A DNA stretch of 64,000 nt, from contig OZ336890.1 in assembly GCA_965287045.1 (NCBI GenBank), positions 30,132,001 to 30,196,000 of the forward strand, written 5' to 3'. Shown here piece after piece: positions 38,731 through 52,470 of this stretch (position 1 is the first letter of the stretch; each line of letters begins with the position of its first letter). The position numbers were made by a program, and so were the translations under genes. Source of the stretch: Carcharhinus amblyrhynchos (lineage: Eukaryota). The notes under the pieces are model-generated. The model was not told the origin of the DNA, made no database searches, and was given only the letters and a program-made list of their open reading frames with translations.

Positions 38731-39562
38731 TTAAGAACATAAGAAATAGGAGCAGGAGTAGGTCATCTAGCCCGTCGAGCTTGCCCCGCCATGCAATAAG
38801 ATCATGGCCGATCTGAAGTGGATCAGTTCCACTTTCCCGCCTGCTCCCCATAACCCTTAATTCCCTTGTCTATTAGAAATCTAAGTACCCATGACTTAAA
38901 CAAATTCAACGAGGTAGCTTTCACCACTTCAATGGGCAGAGAAGCCCAGAGATTCACCAGAGTGAAGAAGTTGCTCCTCAATTCTGTTCTAAACTGTCCC
39001 CCCAACCCTTATTTTGAGGCTGTGCTCTCTAGTTCTGGTTTCCTTTCTAAACGGAAAGAATCTCTCTACCTCTACCCTATCTAGCCCCTTTATAATCTTG
39101 TAAGTCTCTATAAGATCCCCCCTCAGTCTTCTAAACTCTAACGCGTACAGGCCCAGTCTATTTAATCTCTCCTCATAAGATAATCCCCTCATCTCTGGTA
39201 TCAGCCTGGTGAACCTTCTCTGTACTCCCTCCAAGGCCAATATATCTTTCGCAAATAAGGGGACCAAAACTGCACACAGTACTTCAGTTGTGGTCTCACC
39301 AGTGCCTTGTACAGTTGCAGCAAGACCTCCCTGCTTTTATATTCTATCCCTCTCGTTATAAAGGCCAACATTCCATTCACCTTCTTGATCACCTGCTGCA
39401 CCTGCAGACTGGGTTTTTGCGATTTGTGCACAAGGACCCCCAGGTCCCTCCGCACAGTAGCATGTTGTAATTTTTCACCATTTAAATAATATTCCATTTT
39501 ACTATTATTTCTTCCAAAGTGGATAACCTCACATTTGCCAACGTTATACTCCATCTGCCAGA
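38731..39562 (-). mobile_element. CR1 LINE 3' fragment (related subfamily)
   Basis: WQMEYNVGKCEVIHFG...RRLRGDLIETYK; tail aagaacataagaa on + strand. Confidence 0.92.
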
Positions 39563-40159
39563 TGGAAAGAAGGATATTAGTGTTTCCAGACATGAAAGAG
39601 ACTGCATGATCACTCTTTATTAATCCCCTGGCTTGTAGCCTCTGAAGAAACTGCGACGATGCATCTTCAGAGTGAATGACTTTCTCTGAGCACTCTTCAT
39701 CCTCCACTTGCAGACCCACCTGCAGAATACAGATGTCTGGGTGGGATTAAAGGCATGAATTGGAACTGTTGGGATAAAAGGTGATAACTGAAAATTATGC
39801 AAATTATAATTTTTCATCAGCTGACATTGAATCAATGTGAGTGAATGTGGTATGACAAGTAGTTTAGTGACATCTAGCTCCATCACCAGCTAGCTGGGAG
39901 GCCCTCATTTCTCCATCTCTGATGGCCACATTTGCCAAGACTCGGCTTATCTCCAGTGCCGCCTCCTCTCTGTTAAAGTTGCTGCAGGGCTATCTCAATT
40001 CTCAGCTTCTCCCTGGTGTCCGCGGTCCTCTGCTCTTGTGAGGAGGAAATGATGAAACATATGAGTGAGATTAATGGACTACACCAAATGGGTGGATAAC
40101 ATTGCTTCATGGTGATTTAAAAAAAAATCCTTCACCAGATTCGGGCATTACCAGCAAGG

Positions 40160-40478
40160 GCCAATGCCAGGGTTCAGAACATCTACTCTGGGCTGGAGAG
40201 GATCCTGCAGAAAGATGAGAAGGGTGCAGTGGGCATGGTCCATGTAGATACCAACAACATAGGTAGAAGTAAGGAAGATGTTCTGCTCGGGGTTTATGAG
40301 CAGATAAAGGGTTAATTAAAAGACAGGACCTCAAAGGTAACAATCTCCAGATTACTACCTGAACCATGAGTACATTAGCATTGGGTGAATGAGATCAGAG
40401 AGTTAAATGCATAGCTCAAAATTTGGTGTGGGAGAATTGGGTTTTGATTCCTGGGGCAAAGGCACCAGCACTGGGGGA
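40160..40478 (+). mobile_element. Degraded CR1 ORF1 (SGNH esterase-like) fragment
   Basis: Remnants VHVDTNNIGR and RTSKVTIS.LLPEP. Confidence 0.55.
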
Positions 40479-41088
40479 ACAAAGAACAACCCAGCACGGG
40501 AAACAGGCCCTTTGGCCCAACGAGCCCGCCCCGCCATTTTAACATTATGAGTGCCCTCCTCTAGCCATGACCTTTGTCTACCCCTATTGGGGAAGATTGA
40601 GGGAAGACTAATTTAGGGACAATTCGTTACACCAATCAGCGTAAGAGCACGTTTTTTAGGATGTGGGAGGAAACCAGAGCACCAGGAGAAAACCCACGCA
40701 ATCACGGGGAGAATGTGCAAACTCCCGCAGACACCGGCTCAAATCCATGTATCTGCACAGCAAACAGTGATAGTCACTGAGCTGTCATGTTGCCTATCAG
40801 ACGGTCCAGTTTAAGCGTACACTAATGACGTGAAGGACTAGGCAACTCTCGAAGCAACATCCAAGAACAGCCCTCGCACGACCCACCACATGTATGCCCC
40901 TTGTTGGACAACAAGGCGGACCGAATCACCTGTGAAGTAAGAGAAAAGACATCAATAAACATGCAAAACTTAGACATTTACAGAATCCCCAGAAGCGCAG
41001 AAATAAAGCAAGTGAGCCATGAAATATTTTGGAAGGTCCATAGGAATCAATTGATTCCCAGGGACGTCCCAAAGCTCTTGATCTTTAT

Positions 41089-41365
41089 TTAGAAAAGTCT
41101 CCTGTATCCCTCCATCTCTAGTCCGCTCATGTGCCTGTCTAAGTAAGCCTTAAACAACCCCAGTATGTCTGCCTCCACCACCCTACTTGGCAGTGCATTC
41201 CAGGCCCCCACCACTCTCTGTGTGAAAAACCTCCCTCTAACATCTGAGTTATACCTCGCCCCCCTCACCCTAAGCCCATGGCCCCCCGTAATTATTGTAT
41301 CCAACCTAGGAAAAAGCTTACCACTGTTCACTTTATCTATACCCTTCATAATCTCATACACCTCT
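41089..41365 (-). mobile_element. CR1 LINE 3' fragment (different subfamily)
   Basis: YEIMKGIDKV...FFTQRVVGAWNALP...FKAYLDRHM. Confidence 0.85.
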
Positions 41366-42799
41366 ATTTTTGCAGCTCTCGCTGCTTTCCCAATAACATT
41401 TGGCTGCCAATCTTCACAGCTTGTATTTCTCCACCCTTACCCCCACTAAAGATTTCTGACAAGACATTTGGTCAGATCAACTGACTCTTGTATACACAAC
41501 ACAAACTATTACAAGCAATCTTTCTATGCATTGTTTGTTAAGTCACTATGGTAACATAGAATGCCAACCGAAGCCCATTTAATTTTGAACATAATAAAGC
41601 AAATCCCCGGTCGACCAACAAACTTTTATGGATTCCAACTGCTCATCAAAAAGAAAAGCTAAATCCAAAACTGAAATCATAGAGAATCTTCAAATGGTGT
41701 TGCCAGAATAAAATGCTCCGTTGGATAAGGTAACAGGTTCAACAGATAGGCCATGGACTACAGATGCCAGCCAGCACATATTTTGAAATGCATTTATTAG
41801 TGTCACAAGTATGCTTACATTAACACTACAATGAAGTTACTGTGAAAATCCCCTGGTCACCACACTCCAGTGCCTCTTCAGGTACACTGAAAGAGAATTT
41901 AGCACGACCAATCAAACCAGCATGTCTTTTAAACTGTGGGAGTAAACTCAGGAAGTGGCAGCTGTACCGTTGTATTCTGCTAAATCACATAACTAGAGGG
42001 GGCTTTAAACTAAACAAGAGGTCGAGTGACACAGTTTTGGAAGATGGGATAAATTAAATAGTGTCCTTGCCTCAAGCAAGTGATCATCCAACAGCACAAA
42101 TACAAATCGGTTGGGAAATCTGGATGTCAGAAGCAAATGCAAAGACTGGATTAAAAATCCACTGGTATGTGTGCTGCTATTAAATCTGGCTCCCCTTTGG
42201 ACACAACACAACACTGCCAGTCCCACAGCCACCCCCCACGCCTAGCTGATCACCACTTCAAAATTTTGCCAGTGACCCGTTTGAAATTTTAAGGTAGAAT
42301 TCACCAGCGTCCTGAAGGTTAAATGAAAAGTCAATGCAAATTTTCAAAATTTCAAAAAAAATCAAGTAAATAGCACCAGATTATTTCCATTGATTGTTTG
42401 ATGAATTGCTAACACGACATAAAAGGACAAGGTAGATTTTTTTAAAATCATGGAAACAGTAACTAAAAAGTGGAATACATGATCATGTGTGGCTATTGAA
42501 ACCAAGTCAATGAAAATGTTTAAAGTTAAAGTTCAATTGACTCTTAAAGAAAAATATCAAGAGGGTGCGGTGAAAGAGCAGGAAGATAGAAAAACAGTAG
42601 ACTGCCCTCTTAGTTATTCCCAAATTCTACTGCAAATGGCAGTGAGGCAAAATAAAATACTTTTTCTTTGTTCTGTGTGAGTGGAACAGAAAATCAGTCA
42701 GTTAAACAAAGATCAAAAATGAGAGAGGGTGGCAGTGCCTGGAGGAAAACTTACAAGATCAAATTAAAATATTCCCTTAGATGATAATACACTCCAACT

Positions 42800-43200
42800 C
42801 CTGGAGCACCCACCAATCACAGAACTCCTCATGCATACTGCTGGGCACCATGTACTCCCTCTCCAGGGCTACCAGGCCGTGAACACATAGCCACAGCAGA
42901 GTGGCAAAGACTCAGGCCCGGTGACCCCCTTGACCATCTGCTTCCTGGACCTGGTGATGGTCACCTTTGTGGGACCCTGGAACAGATTAGCGGGTGGCCT
43001 TCTTCCCTCCCAGTATGCCCCCCAAACCCCCTGCACAGGGTGACCAAAGATCAAGTGTGTGGGGCTGATGTGAACCCAAACATTGAGGAACAGCCCTTTC
43101 ATGAGGGGACTATTATGTGTGCACACAGGGTGCGAGGCAGCAAAAGAAAGGTACTGGTTTGATTGTGAGGCTGGCCGCAAGGGTACGCCCCTTTTTGTCC
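42800..43200 (-). mobile_element. Tx1/L1-clade LINE 3' relic
   Basis: VHISPTHLIFGHPV...KVTITRSRKQ resembles the C-terminus of Tx1-type ORF2. Confidence 0.5.
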
Positions 43201-44104
43201 GAAAATATGATTGCACAGAGGAATTAACAGGGCATGAGACATGACTGGATCTCAAATGAGTATGTACATCGATCTCCTTTAAATGATCTGGGTTCATGTC
43301 TGAAGCAGCATGCCAGATAAAAGTCTGCTACAACCTTTTCATCCTGAGTCATGATGGAGGAGCATTTAATCTTATCAGTGACAGACTGATACCATAAAGG
43401 AAATTGTTGGCATTTTACATTAAAGTGGTCTCACTGCTTCAGTGTTTGCTTCTGAATGATGCTCACTCATTTCAATTAGTGGTGGTGATTGTGCTCAAAA
43501 TGGTACCATATCCTTGCCCTACAATTTATTGTTAGCTTTTTTGGAATGAGACACAAGTCCCCTTCGACAGCTGTTGCTGTGACTTACTGTACTCCTAAGG
43601 CAAAGCAAACTGTCCCTCCTCCCCAATTTCAAGATTTTGGTAATTCTAATAATTTTTAGGTTCTGTAAAATCTGTAGATTTTATTCCACTTTATAAATGG
43701 TTCAGTTTGAATTACTATAAGTTGGAATTCTTTCCGGGAAGGCTTGTTTGTGAGAAACAGGCATTGTTTTATGACTTACTGACCCAAGATTATGTAGCTA
43801 ACTGCTCTGTTTTTGAAGATAACACATGAGTTTATGGTTTCTCAGGTCATGTCAAATAAAATTCTGTAACAGTTGTTATCCCCAATGGTTTCCGAGACTT
43901 TCATTTTCAGTATGCTATCAAGATCACTACTGGAATATCTAGAGGCAGCTGCCTCCCTTGTCTCCCCAGGGCTTCTGTTTGTCTAAAGCAATTATGCAGT
44001 TCATTTCCGAATTCAAGCCTTCAACGACTTGGGAATTTTCGCTTTGTTGTTTGAAATCCCCCAAAAACTAAACAGACTTAACTGTTTATGTTCCTCACTC
44101 CTCA

Positions 44105-44612
44105 TAAACTATGAGAAGGATGTGGAAGCATTGGAGAGAGTGCAGAGGAGATTTACCAGGATGCTGTCTGGTTTGGAGGATGGGTCTTATGAGGCAAGGT
44201 TGAGGGAACTAGGGCTTTTCTCTTTAGAGCAGAGGAGGATGACAGGCGGCTTAATAGAGGTTTATACGATGATGAGGGGGTTAGATAGAATGGATGTGCA
44301 GAGGCTATTTCCTCGGGTGGATGTAACTGTTACTAAAGAGCATAACTCTAAGGTTCATGGTGGGAGATATAGGAGGGATGTCCGAGGTAGATTCTTTACT
44401 CAGAGTGTGGTTGGGGTGTGGAATGGACTGCCTGCTGTGATAGTAGAATCAGACACTTTAGGAACTTTCAAGTGGTTATTGGATAGGCACATGGAGCACT
44501 CCAGAATGATAGGGAGTGGGATAGCTTGATCTTGGGTTTGGACATAGCTCAGCACAACATTGAGGACTGAAGGGCCTGTACTGTGCTGAACTGTTCTATG
44601 TTCTATGTTCTG
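44105..44612 (+). mobile_element. CR1 LINE 3' fragment (different subfamily)
   Basis: LERVQRRFTRML...WNGLP...LLDRHM; (TTCTATG)n tail. Confidence 0.9.
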
Positions 44613-44954
44613 TTCTAATTCTCCTTGTTCCAATTTGGTAACTTTGAATGTAGATAGATGGCTCCAATGTCAGCCCCTTCCACTGCCGTGAAATTTGTGT
44701 GGGAATTTTTCCACATTTTCCATTACCTACATCTTTTACTTCCCTAACATGAATCCCTTTATCTCTCCTTAGCTGTTCTAATACTCCTTCAACATTCTAT
44801 CTCTTCTATTTTGCATTTTTTCATGAAGTTTGGGCATTGCTGGCTTGGATTTGCTATATTCTCCTTCGGTTCAATGTACCTGAACAGGTGCAGGAGAGAG
44901 AGAGAGAGAAAGAATCATGTCAGCCAAGGACAAGAGGAGGAGTGGCGGGGGGGT

Positions 44955-47758
44955 GCGGGGAGGTGGGATGAGTGGGCCATGTGCAAGGGAATCTGGAGAG
45001 AGGGGCAGATAAGATGGTCAGTAATGTTGCAGAGGTCTCCGATGTCTGGGTGGGTGGGTGGGGGGGTAGTGGCGGGATGGGGAGAGGGGAGGCTGTATCT
45101 AGCCCGAGGTGGGGTGGGGGTATGTCAAGAGAGCTGGTTTTTACCTTTTCCCACACATGCACAGTTTGTGGCTCCAATCTGAGCTGCTGGCTATCTGGTG
45201 AATTAAGCCCAGCCCACTGCCACTAATGGCTAGAAATGGCTTAGCTCAAGTTTTCAAAGATGAGTTCATAAAATTCCATGTGAAAACTCGGCCAAAAAAT
45301 GGGTCAGGAACTCTCCCATTTCACGCTAACTGGACACAATAAAATTCCACCCCCCAGTCTTTGCCTTAAGGCGGATTTATTTCCAAGACTGCCATTCATC
45401 TGGTTACCCCCAGCAGCCAATGTGAACTGTTTTTATACTCTTGTAATGATTCTCCAATCCCTTCCCAATTGCAAGCAAGCTGCTCTTAATTATCAAGTTA
45501 AATCATGTCCTCTATTGTAGCACAATTTCAACATTAACGGTGCCTATCTTGCCCCGTTGCCGGTGATGCGTGTGGCGGACGACATCTGGAGGCACTGGCC
45601 TTGAGGGTCCTGGCCTGCATCCAGGTGTCTGGGATGTTTCCATGACACCCTCTTCATCCCGCTCCTTGAGATGCCCCGGTGTCAGGAAGGGGGGAGTCGA
45701 AGGTGTAGCCACAGCCACAGTCTCCTGGCTGGAATGCCCTGGCATGTGAACAAGCTTTCTTCCTCCCTGTGGGCACTTGGGTCACTCCAGGGACGCAGTG
45801 CTTCTGCAGTGAGCTCCAGAAGCTCCAGCGTCATCTGGCACTCCCGTTTCTGGGGACCACCTACAGCCTTTTCCATGGTGGTCAAGCTCTCTGCAATGCC
45901 CACTTGAGTTGGAGGCCACCTCTCAATGGCTGCAGCATGTGCTTTCTGAGACTGGGCCATGATCTGCAACCCTCAGCCATGACCCTCTGTGACTGGCCAA
46001 GTTCTCAAAGGCTCACCAGCCCCTGTCTTCACCCTCTCATGGTGTGGTGGTTGGTCTTTTCATGTGGAGACAGAAGGAGCCATAAAAGAAATGGTAGCAT
46101 GATTCCTGCAGAGTATCAGGTGGTGGCCCTTAGAGGGCAAGTGCAGTGGAGCTTTTGGGGGAGATAGGAAGGAGCTACTTGGTGGCCAGGAGCTGGAAAC
46201 ATGCAGGGTGCTGGGGATGGGAGGATCTGGGGGAGATTTGGGGGAAGGTGCAAGATGGGGATCAGCACTCACCCTTGCTACACGGATGGGGTCATTGACT
46301 TTTTTTTCAGCACTGCTCTGGCACTGGCCAAGGTGGCAACTTTCTCACAGGCTGCATTTCCATCAGCCCCACACACCCACCCGCCCCGCCCCGCCCCGGT
46401 CTGCATTCTCCTGAGGGCAGAGGGTGTCCCGCCTCATGTCTGCTGTTCCAGCAGCCTCCTCGGGTCGCCCTCAGAAAACCAGGGGGTTAGCCATGCGCAC
46501 ATTTTGTGCAGGAATGCCTGCCTGCTTGTCCATTCTTGAGTTTTTAATGGAGCTGCCCCTTGTTAAGGCAGATCAGCTGCAGGCAGTTTGGCAGAGCGTT
46601 CCGGCAAGTTACATGGAGTTTGCTTGTTAGCATTGAGGGGAAGGCAAGTGAGAACTTGCAGGTGTGCTGATGGGGAGGCAGTGGGGGACGGGGTCAGTTC
46701 CTCAATCATTGTGGACAGGAGAGAGAGAGGCTGTCACACAGCCATCGGTGTCCGGAGGAGATGGGGGCCTTGTGCAGGAGGCTGAGGGGGATCAACCTGC
46801 CTGATATCTGGAGAGGTGGAGGGGGGGAGGGTGGATCGCTCTGTCTAATATAGGTGGAATGGAAGGCGGGGTCCGCTGTCATCTTGCCTCAGATCAGTGA
46901 GTGGGGGATGGGGGGAAAGGGGGGCCTGCTGCCTGAGATCAGTGGGGGGGGAAGGGGGAGGGGCATGTGATCAATGTGGGTGGCGGGGGTGAGGGGAAAA
47001 GGGGGTCAGTAATGTTGTGGGGGGTAGGGCAATGCCTGTGGAGGCCGGGTGGGGGTGGAGGGGGGGGTGGAGGCATTATCTGGCCCGGGAGGGAAATGGC
47101 AGGACAGTGTTATTCTATCATTTTTTTTCTGCCCATGAGCAGTTGGAGGTGCCGATCAGAGCTGCAGGATTTTGGGTATGTTAAACTCCACCCACAGGCT
47201 TCTACAGCACGATTTGGAATCACTGAAACTTGCAGAGGGTTTAACATGACTTCCTTGCTTTTTTACTCTGTGCCTCTGTTGATAAATCCAAGGTTTGTTA
47301 GTTGACATGTTTATTGAAAATTAATTATGTAGCACTATCATTCTTTCCATTATGTGGTAATAAATTAGTAAGCCTGTAATTCAACTAGCATAACTATCAT
47401 ATTACATGTTTACCTTAATGATACAGATCAACAGAGAAAATGTTCAGAACTGCTTACGTTCTTTGCCTACACCTACTCTTGACTAATTGGTGGCAACAAC
47501 TTCCAAAGAAATTCCAAACATTGAAACATAATACCTGATGTAGTTTGTGGCAGTCTGGATTTGGCTTGAATTGTAGAGACCTATCTCTTGTGATGCATAC
47601 TTTCCCTTGTAGAGTATTGTTTATTCTCTTGTCTTTTTTTTCAGCTTGTTTAACAAGTATCATTGCCCTTCTCAAGGCACCATTTTTGCCTTCCTCTTTT
47701 TTCTCATTTTAAATATTCATTCAGTTTCATTGCGTATGATTCAAATTGTCTTTAAAAC
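44955..47758 (-). repeat. Inverted segmental duplicate of ~25990-29500
   Basis: Reverse complement of 47228-47758 aligns with 25990-26116 + 26908-27345; reverse complement of 44955-45538 aligns with 28985-29500. Confidence 0.85.
45540..47228 (-). mobile_element. Second Harbinger-type Myb/SANT-like element fragment
   Basis: Minus-strand homology to 29700-31330 (AQSQKAHAAAIERWP vs AQSQRALAVAIDRWP). Confidence 0.6.
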
Positions 47759-47955
47759 GCTGGCTGTGCAGAGTCAGCATGTTCTCCCCATGTCTGCGTG
47801 GGTTTCCTCCGGGTGCTCCGGTTTCCCCTCACAGTCCGAAAGACGTGCTGGTTAGATGCACTGGCCATGCTAAATTCTCCCTCAGTGTACCCAAACAGGC
47901 ACCGGAGTGTGGCGACTGGGGGATTTTCACAGTAACTTCATTGCAGTATGAATAT

Positions 47956-49364
47956 AATTATAGGCCGGTTAGTTTAACGTCTGTTGTAGGTAAAATGTTA
48001 GAATCCGTCATCAAGGAGGAAATAGCGAGGCATCTTGAGGGGAATTGCTTGATAGAGCAGACGCAGCACGGTTTCGTTAAGGGGAAGTCGTGTCTGACAA
48101 ATTTACTGGAGTTCTATGAGGATGTGTCTAGGGCGGTGGATAGAGGAGAGCCGGTGGATGTGGTCTTTCTTGATTTTCAGAAGGCGTTTGACAAGGTACC
48201 TCACAAGAGGTTATTGCAGAAGGTCAGGGGACATGGAGTTGGGGGTAGGGTGTTAGCGTGGATAGAGGACTGGTTGTCAAATAGGAGGCAGAGAGTGGGG
48301 GTCAATGGGTGCTATTCGGATTGGCGGTTGGTGACTAGTGGAGTGCCCCAGGGGTCGGTGCTGGGGCCTCAGCTATTTACCATTTATATAGATGATCTGG
48401 AGGAGGGAACCGAGTGTATGGTGTCGAAATTTGCTGATGACACCAAGATTGGTGGAACGGCAAAGTGCACGGAGGGTGTGGAGAGTCTGCAGAAGGATCT
48501 AGATAGGCTGGGCGAATGGGCCAAGAACTGGCAAATGGAATTTAATGTTGGCAAGTGCGAGGTGGTCCACTTTGGTAGGAATAATGGTAGGAAGGATTAT
48601 TACTTACGTGGAGAAAAACTGCAGCAGGTGACGGTGCAGAGGGACCTCGGGGTCCTTGTACATGAGTCGCAAAAACCCAGCTTGCAGGTGCAGCAGGTGG
48701 TCAGGAAGGCGAATGGGATGCTGGCCTTCATAGCGAGGGGGATTGAATATAAAAGTAGGGAGGTTTTGCTGCGGCTATATAGGGCATTGGTGAGGCCGCA
48801 GCTGGAGTACTGTGTGCAGTTTTGGGCACTGTACTTACGCAAGGATATTTTGGCCTTGGAGGGAGTGCAGAGGAGGTTTACTAGGCTGATGCCAGAGTTG
48901 AGGGGGTTGAGCTATGAGGAGAGGCTGAATAAACTAGGCTTGTACTCGTTAGAGTTTAGAAGAATGAGGGGAGATCTCATTGAGACGTATAAGATGATGA
49001 ATGGGATGGATAGGATAGAGGTGGAGAGACTCTTCCCACTCAGAAAGGACAGTAGGACTAGGGGGCACAACCTCAAGATAAAGGGGGGGTGGTTTAGAAC
49101 GGAGTTGAGGAGGAACTTCTTCACACAAAGGGTGGTGAATCTCTGGAATTCTTTGCCCGTTGAAGTGGTGGAGGCTACCTCGCTAAATATTTTTAAGACG
49201 CGGGTTGATAGGTTTTTGATAGGCAAGGAGATTAAGGGTTATGGGGAGAGGGCGGGAATGTGGAACTGAGACACGACAGATCAGCCATGATCTTATTGAA
49301 TGGCGGGGCAGGCTTGAAGGGCCAGATGGCCTACTCCTGCTCCTATTTCTTATGTTCTTATGTT
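47956..49364 (+). mobile_element. CR1 LINE, 5'-truncated, uninterrupted RT domain, inserted into a SINE
   Basis: Open NYRPVSLTS...LDFQKAFDKVPH...GVPQGSVLGP...KFADDTK to stop at 49269; TTCTTATG tail. Confidence 0.96.
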
Positions 49365-49816
49365 ATAATCCTACTTGAGGCTCTAATAAATAAATAAACT
49401 TTTTCTGTGGTTTAGCTTCAATTTCACAACTTACTATAGTTGTGCCAATTGCACAACTTTGCTATTTACCACAATCAAGTGATAGTCATAGGTTGAATCC
49501 GGCAGAAACCTTTTTTGCTGACCTGATTTTTTAATTCTCACAAGTCAGGCTTTTTCTTTGACGTTTCTTTCTAGCAGAGATCAATTTGAATTCTGGCCAT
49601 TCCAGAAAAGTGCTTTGATGTTATTTTGAAGAATTTTTAAAAAAATTTCAATTGATCAGAAACTCCAATGTTAATTTCCTGTACAAAATTAAGGCTCCAA
49701 ATTATATTCTTGAAATAGGTAAGTGATTTGTGGTTTGTGATTTGAGGAATTAATTAAATTGTCCCTAAAAGCATTGACAATAAAAATAGAAATACAGGGA
49801 TATAACCAATTGCCTT

Positions 49817-50130
49817 TCATAGAATCAATAGTGCAGAAGGAGGCTATTTGGCCCATCGAGTCTGCACCGACCACAATCCCACCCAGGTCCAATTCCTGTA
49901 ACTCCTCATATTTACAGTCCTTATCCCCCTGACACTAAGTGGCAATTTATCATGGCCAATCAACCAAATCCACACATCTTCTACTGTGGGAGGAAACTGG
50001 TGCACCCAGAGGAAACCCACGCAGACATGGGGAGAATGTGCAAACTCCACACAGATAGTGACCCAAGGCTGGAATTGAACCCGGGTCCCTGGTGCTGTGA
50101 GGCAGCACTGCTAACCACTGTGCCACCATG
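49817..50130 (-). mobile_element. HE1-type SINE
   Basis: Full-length homology to 12802-13145. Confidence 0.9.
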
Positions 50131-51201
50131 TCTTCCTTTCTTATGGCAAATAATTATTTCAATATTCATCAGATAATGAAACAAGCATGTTTGAGAGGAA
50201 AAGATGCATTGGTCTATTCAGCTTATCCCATACAGTTCGGGTGCCTTTTCACTGAATGTACTGTATTTAAAGCTGACATATATTTTAAACCTCTCATGGA
50301 ATCGAGAGATACAGAAAGTGGGTAGGAATGTAGTGTTGAAGCCAAAGTTCAGCCAGGATCATAATGAATGGTGTACTCAGCTCAACAGACCTGGTCAACA
50401 TCTACTGCTATTTCTTATGCTCTTATGTTTGAGGTATTACAATATGAATATTCCCTACCCACAATGTGGAATCCCCCCAGAGAATTGAAATGCTAGATTT
50501 TTAAAATTATTGAGATCAATCACCTAACGAAACCTGGAAAACTTCCTCAGGCATTGAAACCAATTCAGACAATTAAATAGACATTAATTTGCATAATAAG
50601 CCGCCTCCGTCTTATCTGAGGTGATTTCCACCCTATACATAAACAGGCCACACTTGCTCTTCCCTAAAGGCACTTGGCAAATAGACATTTGTCACATTTC
50701 TCTTAGCCTGTTCCATGGGCTCAATATTCTGGGGGGAAACAGCAACCTCCTCCAAACATCTAACCGAGTATTTCCCATGCATAAGTCATTCCTCTAAATG
50801 ACAAATAAATAATTGTCCCACGTAAATATAGTCACTATTTCAGAAATCTGTCAACTTGTCCCAGTGACTGTGTTTTCTAAAACATACACATGCAGCTCTT
50901 CAAATTTGATCTGAGTAATTAAGTTGTTTTAAATTAGTAATTAGTATTATGCCCTCCTCTGCATCTTTTCTAAAGCCTCAAAATCCTGGCATAACATTCT
51001 GACTGGGACCTAACCAAACATGTTACAACCTGCTGTGCTTTGTTTTATTTTGACTTGTTCTGTGAATATATCCAGAATACTATTCACTCTAACTATAGCT
51101 TCATGGCATTAAGCGTGGATCTGATTGATGCACTGTAATGACTGGATCTTTATCCACTGGCTTCAGTTAAATCCTGTGTAAGATGTAAGCATATCTCAGG
51201 G

Positions 51202-51475
51202 GCAGAGGCAATGGCATAGTTGTATTAATACTGGATTAGTAATCCAGAGAATCATGGTTAGTCTCTGGGGACACAGATTCACATTTCACTATAACAGATT
51301 GTGAAATTTGAATTCAGTAAAGAATCTATAATTAGTAGTCTAATGATAACAATGAAACTATTGTTGATTGTTGTAAAAACCCATCTCTGGTTCACTAATG
51401 TCCTTTAGGGAAGGAAATCTGCCATCCTTATCTGGTCTGGCTTACATGTGAGTCCAGATCCACAGCAATGTGGTT
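51202..51475 (+). mobile_element. tRNA-derived SINE of a separate family, truncated by CR1
   Basis: tRNA-like head tggcatagttgtatt...; core ggttcactaatgtcctttagggaaggaaatctgcc. Confidence 0.7.
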
Positions 51476-52470
51476 AAGAACATAAGAACATAAGAAATAG
51501 GAGCAGGAGTAGGCCAACTAGCCCTTCGAGCCTGCCCCGCCATTCAATAAGATCATGGCTGATCTGTCGTGGCTCAGTTCCACATTCCCGCCCTCTCCCC
51601 ATAACCCTTAATCCCCTCTCTTATCAAAAACCCATCAACCCGCGTCTTAAAAATATTTAGCGAGGTAGCCTCCACCACTTCAACGGGCAGAGAATTCCAG
51701 AGATTCACCACCCTTTGAGTGAAGAAGTTCCTCCTCAACTCCGTTCTAAACCGCCCCCCCTTTATCTTGAGGCTGTGCCCCCTAGTCCTACTATCCTTTC
51801 TGAGCGGGAAGAGTCTCTCCACCTCTATCCTATCCATCCCATTCATCATCTTATACGTCTCAATGAGATCCCCCCTCATTCTTCTAAACTCTAACGAGTA
51901 CAAGCCTAATTTATTCAGCCTCTCCTCATAGCTCAACCCCCTCAACTCCGGCATCAGCCTAGTAAACCTCCTCTGCACTCCCTCCAAGGCCAAAATATCC
52001 TTGCGTAAGTACGGCGCCCAAAACTGCACACAGTACTCCAGCTGCGGCCTCACCAATGCCCTATACAGCCGCAGCAAGACCTCCCTACTTTTATATTCAA
52101 TCCCCCTCGCTATGAAGGCCAGCATCCCATTCACCTTCCTGACCACCTGCTGCACCTGCAAGCTGGGTTTTTGCGACTCATGCACAAGGACCCCGAGGTC
52201 CCTCTGCACCGTCGCCTGCTGCAGTTTTTCTCCATGTAAGTAATAATCCTTCCTACCATTATTCCTACCAAAGTGGACCACCTCGCACTTGCCAACATTA
52301 AATTCCATTTGCCATTTCTTGGCCCATTCGCCCAGCCTATCTAGATCCTTCTGTATACTCTCCCCACCCTCCGCACAATTTGCCTTTCCACCAATTTTGG
52401 TGTCATCAGCAAATTTCGACAGCCTACACTCGGTTCCCTCCTCCAGATCATCTATATAAATGGTAAATAG
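51474..52470 (-). mobile_element. CR1 LINE 3' fragment
   Basis: QLFTIYIDDLEEG...KFADDTK...GERAGMWN; tail at 51474-51500. Confidence 0.95.
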
